Source of the DNA: Haliotis rubra | Taxonomy: Eukaryota | Length of the DNA stretch: 64,000 nt | Assembly (NCBI RefSeq): GCF_003918875.1 | Contig: NW_025767024.1 | Span: forward strand, 3,348,001-3,412,000 | Direction: 5' to 3' | Shown: positions 1 through 10,843 of the stretch, piece by piece | Layout of the letters: the number at the start of each line of letters is the position of its first letter | Position numbering within the stretch: position 1 is the first letter of the stretch | Position numbers and translations under genes: made by a program | The notes under the pieces: model-generated | Told to the model about the DNA's origin: nothing | Databases searched by the model: none | The model's input: only the letters and a program-made list of their open reading frames with translations

Positions 1-1270
1 AGGAGTGAGTGAGTGAAGGAGTGAGTAAATCAGTGTGAGTGGAGAATCTATGTGAGTGAAGGAGTGAGTGAGTGAAGAAGTGTGCGAGTGAAGGAGTGTG
101 AGTGAGTGAAGGAGTGAGTGAGTGAATAAGTGTGCGAGTGAAGGAGTGTGAGTGAGTGAAGGAGTGAGTGAGTGAAGAAGTGTGCGAGTGAAGGAGTGAA
201 TAAATCAGTGTGACTGAGTGAATGTGATTCTTTGTGAGTGAAGAAGTGTGCGAGTGAAGGAGTGAGTGAGTGAAGAAGCGTGCGAGTGGAGGAGTGTGAG
301 TGACTGAGTGAAGGAGAATCTTTGTGAGTGAAAGAGTGAGAGTGAAGAAGCGTGCGAGTGAAGGAGTGTGAGTGAAGGAGCGTGAGTGAGTGAGTGAAGA
401 AGTGTGCGAGTGAAGGAGTGTGAGTGAGTGAAGAAGTGTGACTGAGTGAATGTGATTCTTTGTGAGTGAGGGAGTGAGTGAGTGAAGAAGTGTGCGAGTG
501 AAGGAGTGTGAGTGTGCGAGTGAAGAAGTGTGCGAGTGAAGGAGTGTGAGTGAGTGAAGAAGTGTGCGAGTGAAGGAGTGAGTGAGTGAAGGAGAATCTT
601 TGTGAGTGAAGGAGTGTATGAGTGAGTGAAGGAGGGTGTGAGTGAGTTAAGGAGGGAGTGAGTGAGTGAAGAAGTGTGCGAGTGAAGGAGTGTGAGTGAG
701 TGAAGGAGTGAGAGTGAAGAAGTGTGCGAGTGAAGGAGTGTGAGTGAGTGAGTGAAGAAGTGTGCAGTGAGTGAGTGAGTGAAGAAGTGTGAGTGACTGA
801 GTGAAGGAGAATCTTTGTGAGTGAAGGAGTGTATGAGTAAGTGAAGGAGGGTGAGTGAGTGAAGGAGTGAGTGAGTGAAGTGTGCGAGTGAAGGAGTGTG
901 AGTGAGTGAGTGAAGGAGTGTGAGTGAGTGAGTGAAGAAGTGTGCGAGTGAAGGAGTGTGAGTGACTGAGTGAAGGAGAATCTTTGTGATTGAAGGAGTG
1001 TATGAGTGAGTGAAGGAGTGTATGAGTGAGTGAAGGAGTGAGTGAGTGAAGAAGTGTGAGTGAGTGAGTGAAGGAGAATCTTTGTGAGTGAAGGAGTAAG
1101 CGAGTGATGGAGTGTGAGTGTGTGAAGGAGTGTGAGTGACTGAGTGAAGGAGAATCTTTGTGAGTGAAGGAGTGAGTGAGTGAATAAGTGCGAGTGAAGG
1201 AGTGTGAGTGAGTGAGTGAAGAAGTGTGCGAGTGAGTGAATAAGTGTGTGAAAGAATGACTGAGTGAGGA
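1..1270. repeat. Complex (GAGT)n-based satellite, intronic
   Basis: Reiterated GAGT with variant blocks GAAGAAGTGTGC, GAAGGAGT and GAATCTTTGT; the His/Thr/Leu/Ser ORF on the - strand is a translation of this repeat. Confidence 0.95.
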
Positions 1271-1401
1271 AGAGATCGTGAGGGACTGATGGCAGGATCT
1301 GCATCACGTAAAACTAGACTTTTAACAATGTGTTTATCAATGTGTTATATCAATGATGTAGATGTCAGTCAACCAACCACAACAACTTCTATGTGTTTCA
1401 G

Positions 1402-1484
1402 TGAGGGAGCTGGATCTGATCGTGAATGGACCCAAAACTACCACAGATGCCCAACTCACATCAGTGGAACCAGGGCTTGTGTGG
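1402..1484 (+). CDS. Internal exon of LamG-like jellyroll (Laminin_G_3-type) protein gene
   Basis: tttcag|TG...TGG|gtgagt; encodes RELDLIVNGPKTTTDAQLTSVEPGLVW, in phase with the next exon. Confidence 0.8.
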
Positions 1485-1816
1485 GTGAGTACCATGAATA
1501 TCATAACAGACTTCACCACTATTAATAAATAAAACATATATGGAATATCATATTTATCTCAAAAGATAAAATGAACATTTTAACATTTAACATCACCAGA
1601 ACTAGTTTTAGTTTATCTGAAGAATAATCCCAGTGACAGAGTGGATTTTAAAATAGGTTTCAAATAGGTTTCCTATCGTCAGAGTGAGTGAGTGAAACGT
1701 CTATTGTACAAGAAAAGACAAATATCCTCTATGTTTAATTCGTCATTGGTATAATCTTATGTATTTTGGCTGTTTATATGCATGAAACACTTGTCAATAA
1801 CTCTCTCTCTTACCAG

Positions 1817-1882
1817 GATGGGAATACGACCCTGTACATTGGTTATGATGGCTCTACCTATCTGAAGGGGGAGATTGATGAG
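1817..1882 (+). CDS. Exon of LamG-like jellyroll protein gene
   Basis: ctcttaccag|...GAG|gtaggt; DGNTTLYIGYDGSTYLKGEIDE, the typical LYIG...G.IDE motif. Confidence 0.85.
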
Positions 1883-1977
1883 GTAGGTACTCAAAGTATA
1901 GTAAACAAAAGGAACAGTTTCAAGGCTTATTTGACAGACATATCGGCAGCTCGGGGCTCCTTCTTTGATACATTAAA

Positions 1978-2143
1978 GTGAGTGAGTGAGTTTAGTTTTA
2001 CGCCGCTTTTAGCAATATTCCAGCAATATCACAGCGGGGGACATCAGAAATGGGCTTCACACATTGTGCCCATATGGGGAATCGATCCTGGGTCCTAGAC
2101 GTGACGAGTAAACGCCTTAACCACTAGGCTACCCTACTGCCCC
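1978..2143 (-). mobile_element. tRNA-derived SINE, family A (~165 bp, (ACTC)n tail)
   Basis: A box TAGCCTAGTGG, B box-like GGATCGATTCCC, tail GCTGGAATATTGCTAAAAGCGGCGTAAAAC; more than 12 copies in the window. Confidence 0.9.
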
Positions 2144-2156
2144 TCTGATACATAAA

Positions 2157-2508
2157 GACCGCCTCCGTGGTGTAGTGGTTAGAGCGTCCGCCCGGAGAGC
2201 GGAAGGTCGCGGATTCGATCCCCGACCGCGTCATACCAAAAGACGTTAAAATATGGTACTTGTTGGTCCCTGCCTGGCGCTCGGCATTAATGGGTACAAC
2301 AAGGATTGGTCGGCTCGGAGTCAGTATAATGTGTCTGAGTGGGGTATTCATGCTTCACTGCGGTATGGTATATCCGTGGGCTAGCACTATAAAACCAGCT
2401 TAAGTCTGGGCTAGTGCAAGCAGCCGCACATACACATACACACGCATGTACGTCGTCATATTGAGCGAAATATTCTCAAGCACGACGTAAAACCCAATTT
2501 CACCTCAT
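2157..2508 (+). mobile_element. tRNA-derived SINE with Meta-like central domain, family B
   Basis: A/B boxes, CATACCAAAAGACGTTAAAATATGGTACTTG core, TSD CTGATACATAA. Confidence 0.85.
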
Positions 2509-3180
2509 CTGATACATAACAATGTATGTTTCATATTAGAGATTCTTCTCTGTGCCACTAAAACCTCGACCTTAAGGTGGACATATAATGGGTCTATCAT
2601 GCTTCCCTCCATGGGAATCTGTGCTGTCCTACCAATACTGATGAATTTTTAATAATATTTTCACTGAAATCATTTTTTTGCAGACTATGATGGAAATAGT
2701 ACTGCTATTACGCCCATACATTAATATGTATTCTTTGTGTGAATATATTCTGGTCAGTAGATAGGTTCAAACACATAAAAACGATAACATTTTGAACTAG
2801 ATGTGTTTTTCCAAATGCTATCCACATAATTTGCCATGAGTGCAATCTTAGTATATTGTGTTTAATTAAACCTATTGCAAGCTATCGTCCTTCACAAGCC
2901 CCTTGTGTGCTTATCAGATTAACAGTTTTCATTTAATAATGTGTCCATAATGTGTCCATTTATATAGCGCCAAACTCCACACTAGGTATGCTCATAGCGC
3001 TAACAATCAAGGCCATTATTATTTCATGTCAATTTAGGATCAGCCGTAACAGTAAAAAAAGTTAATAAAAATGTCACATCTCAGGATGGTCATACAGCTG
3101 GGATACAGCCCCTGATATTAAACTGAACATAATTCTGAATTGACATATTCAGTGATTTTATTCGATGATTCCGTTCCCAG

Positions 3181-3304
3181 ATTCGGATATACAACCTCCA
3201 GATGGAAGAACTCACTACCAGCACTGAAGCGAGACACATACACGAGGAGCCGTTCCGCTACCTGCTGGGTGCCCACTATAACATGGAGGAAGCTACCAGT
3301 TCAT
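3181..3304 (+). CDS. Exon of LamG-like jellyroll protein gene
   Basis: ttcccag|IRIYNLQMEE...LLGAHYNMEEATSS; completes the GEIDE-IRIYN motif; phase-1 donor gtacat fits the next exon. Confidence 0.8.
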
Positions 3305-4268
3305 GTACATACCTGGCAGGAGACCCACTTAAAGCGTTTCATGCGTCCAACTTCCGTCATTTTTGTAATGTTTAAGGATCAGCTTTAAAGGTTCTCGAAC
3401 TGCCGTTTTCACAAAAGCCAAAGACTTTCATAAAAGATGTACATAATCCCCTTCACTATAATGTTGACAACCCCAACAAAAAAACAAAAAACACCAAAAA
3501 AACACCAAAAACCCCCCCCAAAAAACCATCATTTGGTTCATAAAAATAACCCCTGTCCGGACCTTTAAACATTATTGATTGAAACCATTTATGGTTTCCC
3601 CCCGCCGTGATATAGCTGGAATATTGCTAAAAGCAGCGTAAAACTAAACTCACTCACTATTGATTGAAAGGCCCTCAATCCATTCTTTTGGTAGCCTTAA
3701 GAAGTTGGAAATCTCTTTTTCTGTCAAAGTGTTGTGGCAACCACTCGAACCTTAAATGCCAAGCAATTACAAATATGAGGGCTGGTTGATCTGGCTCCGA
3801 TTTCGAAACAAACTTAAGTCTGTTGTTCTACAGGGTTCTGAGCAATATTCCAGCCATATGACCGCGGTCTGTTAATAGTCTGAACCAGACAATCCAGTGA
3901 TCAACAGCATTAGCATCAATCTCCGCAACTGGGATACGATGACAAATATGACCGTAGTGTTTGTGCATAAAAAGTTTCATTCCAATTTTAAATGAATCTA
4001 AAGAAGCTACTATGGGCTATTTTGGAACACTTAAAACCTGCTACATTCTAATTTAAAAAAAAGAAAGATAAATAAACGTTTTGAATGTTGATCTTCAGAT
4101 ATCAAAATCATATAGTTAAGCATATGATCACAGATACTTTTTGTAATGTATACCACTCAAAAAAGGTTAAAGAACAGACTTTTTAGGAATATAGTTAATG
4201 TAACGTCTTTTGCATTGTGAAGTGTATATCTCACCATTCATTAATGTATATTTACATCATGTTTGCAG

Positions 4269-4339
4269 CAACTGTTCTCAAGGACAAGGGCTACCGAGGA
4301 CTGGATGCTGTCATCGTAGGACAACCAGGAATAGTTCCT
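4269..4339 (+). CDS. Exon of LamG-like jellyroll protein gene
   Basis: tttgcag|..TVLKDKGYRGLDAVIVGQPGIVP|gtaagt. Confidence 0.8.
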
Positions 4340-4409
4340 GTAAGTGATGCCAGAGTTATAAACATGCCGTTTTATAGCTCAATTAACTTTTGTAGTTTCT
4401 GACATTTAG

Positions 4410-4655
4410 GACCCCTGAAGATCTGGGTTAGAATTGATCTTCAGTAATCCATGCTTGTCCTAAGGGGCGACTAACGGGATAAGGTGGTCATGCTCGCTGA
4501 CTTGGTTGACACTGTCATCGTATCCCAATTCCGTAGATCGATGCTCATGCTGTTGATCACTGGATTATATGATCCAGACTCGATTATTTACAGATCGCCC
4601 CCATATAGCTGGTATATTGCTGAGTGCGGTGCAAAACTAAACTCACTCACTCACA
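4410..4655 (+). mobile_element. Headless SINE-like element with V-domain-like core, family C
   Basis: CCATGCTTGTC.TAAG.GGCGACTAA core, same 3' tail as family A, (ACTC)n end. Confidence 0.85.
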
Positions 4656-4890
4656 CATTTAGGTGAGCTACAGAGAAAGCTGTGCCACCAAGTATGAAAA
4701 TACATATGTACTTATCAAAATTTGCTTAAATTTGAAAGATCCATTCTGCAAAACCTGTACACGATGACAATGCACTATGCAGTATGTCCCATCAACACTT
4801 TCAGACATTGAAATATGCATGTTCTGCCTTGTTTCTTTATGTTATGGGTACTGGCAGAAAATAATGAACTGTAATTCTTTGTCATTCCAG

Positions 4891-4932
4891 AGTACTTCTG
4901 ACCAGAAAGTGTTTGATCTGACCTTCAACTGA
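4891..4932 (+). CDS. Terminal coding exon of LamG-like jellyroll protein gene
   Basis: cattccag|STSDQKVFDLTFN-TGA, phase 0 matches the previous donor. Confidence 0.7.
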   Translation, partial: STSDQKVFDLTFN

Positions 4933-5009
4933 ACATCGAAGACTGCTTGGCATCGCTCTCATCTCATCCATGTGAAGCCAGTGCATGCTCAATGGGAAAT
5001 GTCACATCT

Positions 5010-5121
5010 TGTGCCCTGTTCCTGAAAGCGATCGTAACGCCAAGGTGATCGTAACTGCCATACTTTAACATAGACTTACGACTGTCGTAGCGCTACGATC
5101 GCTTTGAGGAACGGGACCCAG
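5010..5121. mobile_element. Short MITE with ~30-bp imperfect TIRs
   Basis: GTTCCTGAAAGCGATCGTAACGC pairs with GCGCTACGATCGCTTTGAGGAAC. Confidence 0.7.
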
Positions 5122-5142
5122 CTTTATATTATAATGGGTAAT

Positions 5143-5306
5143 GGGGCGATGGGGTAGCCTACTGGTTAAAGCGTTCACTTGTCACGCCAAAGACCCTGGT
5201 TCGATACCCTACATGGGTACAATGTGTAAAGCCCATTTTGCATGTCCCCATCGTGATGTTGCTGGAGTATCGCTAAAAGCGGCGTAGAAACATATTCACT
5301 CTCACT
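5143..5306 (+). mobile_element. SINE family A
   Basis: Full-length match to the family consensus. Confidence 0.9.
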
Positions 5307-7189
5307 ACATTGGGTATATGTCCAGAAAAAACCCATCATTTGATAAAATCATTTGGTATTAGATCACAATTAACACTGAAGATAGATCAGCAAGGATAAG
5401 ATGTGGTCTCATGATAACTGAACTTGGCCCAAACTGTAGAACAATGAGAACATAAATGAACATGTGATATTTCAGGCAACTTGTAAGAATTGATCCAAGT
5501 AGTCTTTTTTTAAGTATACTTATAAGAAATTGTAAATTTGTGAACTTAATAATTGGAAGCTTAAAGATATATTAGACTATCAAAGTCTTGGGATCTTGGA
5601 GTGTTGAACAAACTACATCCAGTAACTCTTGCTTATTTCAAACTTTCAAAACCATTTTTTTCCTTGGGCATTCTATTTGTGAGGCCTGTGGAACTGCAGC
5701 AGTATTTAATGAGCTCACACATTGTACCCATGTGGGGGGTCTACTCCCATTTGTGAGACTCCCAGTTGTGAGACAGTGGAGTAGGTAATTAGCAAAGAAA
5801 ACACACCTTACTCCCCTATCTGATAGAATGGATTAACCCCAGCTAATTATGGATTAGCTATTTGACTGAATCTTGTGGAGGTAACTTCATAAAACTCTAA
5901 AAGATAAAGTAATTAACCTACTCAGATAAACGGCTTTAAAAAATAAACACTTTGTGTAGGTAACTTCGTGATCATTTGAAAGAGAAATTAATTTACCTAT
6001 TCAGATTTACGTGTTTGAAAAATCTAGCAATAACTGTTGTCACTATAATTAATCCAAATGTATTTATTAACCTTTGACTGCTCTTTCCGATCACCATTAT
6101 GGCAGGCCTTCAACAAGGAGCATATATATCCCCAGTTCACGATAATCTTTTTCAGTATCTGTTGAAAACAATAAATGCTCTTTAACGAACCATGTCTTCT
6201 GTGTTAATTAACTCATTAATGAACTATGCCTCCTGCGGGTACTCTTCAGCAACAGGGCTGTTCCCACTTTCATCGTAGGGATGGGGAAGCACCACCTGTG
6301 TGCACTGAACCATTAATTAATGTGTCTCACAACTGGGAGTTCTCACAAATGGGAGGACACCATGTGGGGAATCAAAACCAGGATTTCGGTCTTATGAGTG
6401 AACGCTTTAACCACTAGGCTACCCCACTGACCCCCAGCAGTACTTAAGGATTCATTTGGGAATTAGAAAGATTTTAGAGCTACTTACACCATGCCTGGTA
6501 AAGTTTCAAATAGTTATTCAGGATAACAAGAGATTATGTATAATAGTATTTAATACATGTACCATGAACGCTTGAATCCAATAAGACTCATTAAAAGCTT
6601 ACCATTACATGTGAAATAAACTTTACATTTATAACAAATAAAAGACAACAGTTGCTTAAAACAACTATGATGAATATTGTATTTTCACCTCCTGTTTACG
6701 ACAATCATGTTAATACCACATATTCCTGTAAATATTTTTTGTATTAAATATTTCTATTTTTAATGTTACGTGTTTAGTATTTTGTTTAAAGGTTGATCAT
6801 CTTCAGCAGTTGGCAAAGGCCACCACAACTTCTGAACCATACAAACACTGCCTTGGATACATATCTTCTTTGAGTTTACTGAATGTTGACTGGTTATGGG
6901 TAAAGCAAGAAATACAAATTAACGAATAGATTACAAAACAAGTTTATTTCATATATTCAACAATGATACCTAACCAACCAATTCTATAGATTGGAGCATC
7001 AGATGAAGCAGAGATTTAAATAACAAGAATGAATGTTAGAGCAGACACCTCTCACTATAAAATACAGACCCAAGAGGTGGTTAGAATGGTTACAACATAC
7101 CCCTCACATAAATCGTATGAGATCAAACCTAAATGGATTTGGTGGTCTGGCTCGGTCTTATTTCTGTTAAATGAGAGAGTTACACAGCA

Positions 7190-7402
7190 ATATTCTAGCT
7201 ATATAGCTATATAGCTACAGTTTGTAAATAATTGAGTCTGGGCCTGACAATCCAGTGATCAACAACATGAGTATCAATCTACGCAATTGGGACACGATGT
7301 GTCAACGATGTCTGCAAACCTGACCACTCAATCTCGTTAGTCGCCTCTTACGACAAGCATGGCTTACTGAAGATCAAATCTTACTGGGATCTACACAGGG
7401 TT
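7190..7402 (-). mobile_element. SINE-like family C (diverged)
   Basis: TTAGTCGCCTCTTACGACAAGCATGG on the + strand. Confidence 0.8.
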
Positions 7403-7704
7403 ATTTCTGTTAAGTTTACATACAATGCAGTTAAAGAGCAAAGGGCCCAAACTGCTACATATATCCAGTTGCTACCTATGAAGTTTACTGCACAAATTTC
7501 TTTACGATACTTTTGTTATGACTAAAAATCCATGATGTGCTGTTTCTGTATAGAGGGGTTATCGGTGGTAAAATTAGAATGGTATTGTTGAAGCACAGCT
7601 TCACATCCATGGTACGATCATGACAGGTGTACATAGTCGGAGACTGAAACTTTAGAAACCTAACATCATAATTGCATGAATATACAATGCCATTTAGAAG
7701 TCGA

Positions 7705-7875
7705 GTTAGTGAGTGAGTGAGTTTAGTTTTTACGCCGCTTTTAGCAATATTCCAGCAACATCACGGCGGGGGACACCAGAAATGGGCTTCACACATTATA
7801 CCCATGTAGGGAATCGAACAGGGGCCTTCGGTGTGACGAGGGAACGAGTTAACCATTAGGCTACCCCACCGCCCC
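7705..7875 (-). mobile_element. SINE family A inserted into the tail of a family E element
   Basis: Consensus match; flanking duplication CATTTAGAAG. Confidence 0.9.
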
Positions 7876-8161
7876 ATTTAGAAGGTGGTCAAATATAACA
7901 CGTTATATTTGGGATTACACTTTCTCAGTAAAGTGCAGATTCTAGTACTTTTTATTAGGTGGAGTCCCATGTGGGATTCGAACCCACACCCTCAGAGTCA
8001 GGCACCTAATCGCTTGCACACAACAATCTAACCCACCACAGCTTCCACTGACCTGACTCTGAGGGTGTGGGTTCGAATCCCCGATCGGACTAAACCCAAC
8101 AAAAGTAATAGAATCTGTGCTTTACTGAGAAAGTGTAATCCCAAATATAAATGTGTTACAT
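7876..8161. mobile_element. tRNA-derived SINE-like element (family E) as a divergent inverted pair
   Basis: Arms ~7903-8003 and ~8052-8150 are reverse complements and each has a B box GGTTCGAATCCC; a single copy lies at 15338-15530. Confidence 0.75.
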
Positions 8162-8719
8162 CATAATTACAGTCTTGTTTTACTTGAAATATTGTCAGGC
8201 CATCCAGACACAGTATACATCCATATGCCATGAGTTTGTTCCATGACTTTTAACCCTATGTTTGTAGTAAAAAGTTACTCTATTATACCAGTATAATAAT
8301 CTCTCTGAACAAAGGCGGTTTAATTCTTCAATTACTTCACAGGTCCACAAGATAGGTGTGTTGAGTTTAACACTGTCATGAAAAATATATCTTATATTTC
8401 TGCCAAAGTGCTGAATATACTTCCTAAAAGAAGTTAATTCCCACCAACTCCTCCATGCTACTTTAATTAACCTTCATTGCCTATTCCGCAATATATCACT
8501 CCATTTACTTGGTCATGTCTCATAACTACAACAATTTGAAAGAATCATTTGATCCCTAATTCCTTTGAGTACTGGCAGAAAAGTGCAGGTCATAGAAATT
8601 AAATTTGGTGAAAGTGTGGTTCTGAAGCAACAGAGATCATTTGAGGTCCAAATCCGTGATCAGCAAACCCTTCAAACAAAGGGAGGCAACTGTGCAGTAG
8701 ATTAGTGTTCAGATTGGGA

Positions 8720-9048
8720 GGTGAGGTGAAATTGGGTTTAACGTCCTGCTAGAGAATATTTCGCTCATATGATGACGTGCATGCGTGTGTATGTGTATGT
8801 GCGGCTGCTTGTACTAGCCCAGACTTCAGTTGGTTTTATAGTGCTAGCTCACTGAGATACCATACCGCAGTGAAGCATGAATACCCCACTCAGACACAGT
8901 ATACTGACTCCGAGCCGACCAGTCCTTGTTGTACCCATAATGCCAAGCGCCAGGCAGGGACCAACAAGTACCATATTTTAACGTCTTTTGGTATGACGCG
9001 GTCGGGGATCAAACCCGCGACCTTCTGCTCTCCGGGCGGACGCTCTAA
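8720..9048 (-). mobile_element. SINE family B (Meta-like), 5'-truncated
   Basis: Reverse complement of 2157-2508. Confidence 0.85.
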
Positions 9049-9467
9049 TGTTCAGATGGGGAGATGTTCTCAATAATCAATACATAATGTTGATGTTGAC
9101 GACCTGTTCAATCATCTCTCAGGTAAAGCCAGGTCCTCCATCAATCTTGAGACATAATTTAGCAACGTTAAGCATATTAAGCAAAACTAGAAAGAGGACA
9201 TTGTGTGCTGTAACTGAATTCAAACAAAGACTGAAGTCTCATAAAGAGGTATAGGAACACCACTAGAATTATTATTCACTAATTTGGCCAAAAATAAATC
9301 TTTGTGACATTCCTTTGCTGTCCCACACACTTCTTTCCCGACACCCACCACAATGCCATCCCCAGCCCAAATACCCTACCCTCTAACCCCCCATACTCTA
9401 CACTCTCACCCCACACATTCAAACCTCTCACCCAACACACCTTACATGCTCATGACATACCCTCAAC

Positions 9468-9895
9468 TTGTGTTGGGAATTGGTTGAAATCTCACAATTG
9501 GTGATCGCTTCAATACCAACGAACAATCATCGAAAAAAAATTGGTTAGCGTAATTTTTCAGATTTTCCTATCCAGGTTGTTACTGCAGAAAAGTATAACA
9601 TGTTGCAATTTGCTACTTTAAAGTGATGACTAATATATCATGAACATAAACTTCCTGGAGTCTTAGAGAAATATTCAGTCATGACTTTTCAGTTAGTGGA
9701 GTGAGTTTTCTAAGAATAAACATGTGTTTAGGCCCTGTCAACTTCTAAGATATGTTCCATTGTCAAGTATTTCAAAGACTATAACAGTAGTTCCAAAATC
9801 GTTTATGTTCGATTATGAGAAAATGTTATCAATTGCTTGGTCGTTTGGTCACTGCAACCAATCTTCGATTATTTCAATTAATCGGAACACCAATA
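9468..9895 (-). mobile_element. hAT-type MITE
   Basis: Inverted homologue of 12132-12548; 8-bp TSD CCCTCAAC/CACTCAAC. Confidence 0.75.
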
Positions 9896-10356
9896 CACTC
9901 AACCCTCTTAATTTTGTAAAAGATACACTCAAAGTTTGACACACCATTCAATGCCTCCCAACAAACCCAATATTCTCACCCTAACCTCAAACTCCACCCT
10001 ACACACCCACCTGTACAAAGACTATCCTCCCCTCTCCCTTATCAAAAAACACTATAGTATCATGAGTGTATGAAATAAGGCCCGTCCGACTGCTCGAGAC
10101 GGGCTAGGTTTCTGACGGACGGTCTAAATTTACAGCTAGCCAGCCCGATGGTGTGGTAAATGTGTTAGATATTCCATACATCTGAGTAAATTCACCATAT
10201 CTTGGTGTCTGGTCTGGTTAAATCCAATTTGGGCTGGTAACATTTTGAAGTTATGGCTGCCTGATGTCTGGCTGGATTTTGGCCTTATTTCATACACTGG
10301 TATCATCCGCCATCCCACAAGTAACCCCCTCCCCAACAAACCCCATCCCCCACGGA

Positions 10357-10486
10357 TCACGTATCCATCTCCTCGTCCTCCTCCTGCTTCAGTTTGTTCT
10401 GCAGATGCTCGGCAATGGTGGCTGTTGGGTTCTCGATGAAGGCAGGGTGCGCCAGGACTTGCTTGAAGATGGCCATATCGGACAAC
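10357..10486 (-). CDS. SLX9: Ribosome biogenesis factor SLX9 homologue (FAM207A), exon 5 (stop)
   Basis: gcacag|G LSDMAIFKQVLAHPAFIENPTATIAEHLQNKLKQEEDEEMDT-TGA; matches the SLX9 C-terminal F..vL..PAf...P...I motif. Confidence 0.9.
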
Positions 10487-10504
10487 CTGTGCACAAGATA
10501 TACA

Positions 10505-10843
10505 AACATAGAGGTCAGGTCACAAATCAGTAGAAGATAAATAACTTTCAGCGCAGACAGTCCTTGGATGGGTGACCCTGTTTGGCAGATTGACTTCTGA
10601 GAGTTTCTAAGACGTCTGTTCTGCCCCACAACAAAGCACATGTGATACATGTGGTCTCACCTTAGGCAATCGAGTTTGTTCAAACTTGCCTCTGTTCACC
10701 CAGTAGGAAATGGGTACCCGGTGGGATAAGTCATGTGACTATTAACCTTCTAGCGCCTCACAGGCAAATCATCCGGGGCAATGATAATCACGTGATTTCA
10801 GCGCTGTTGAAACTAGGCGCTATACAAATCCATTATTATTATT
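10505..10843 (+). mobile_element. SINE with 5S-like head remnant, Nin/Deu-like core and L2-type tail (family D)
   Basis: TTGGATGGGTGACC (5S box C-like), CTGTTCACCCAGTAGGAAATGGGTACC core, GCGCTATACAAAT..(ATT)n tail. Confidence 0.7.

Noticed and set aside
48-1307. 419-aa His/Thr/Ser/Leu-rich ORF
   Set aside because: Translation of the GAGT satellite; antisense within an intron
2157-2230. tRNA genes at SINE heads (also 5143, 23950, 49363, 15440-15530)
   Set aside because: They continue into SINE bodies with tails and TSDs and lack a proper acceptor stem
4410-4480. Canonical HDV-like or pistol ribozyme in family C
   Set aside because: Helix order and lengths do not fit the canonical folds (no 3-bp P3 with P1.1); kept only as an unclassified structure
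6790-6890. Possible extra SLX9 3' exon on the - strand (acceptor ataaccag)
   Set aside because: No matching donor identified and the SLX9 CDS is already complete; cannot be supported without transcripts
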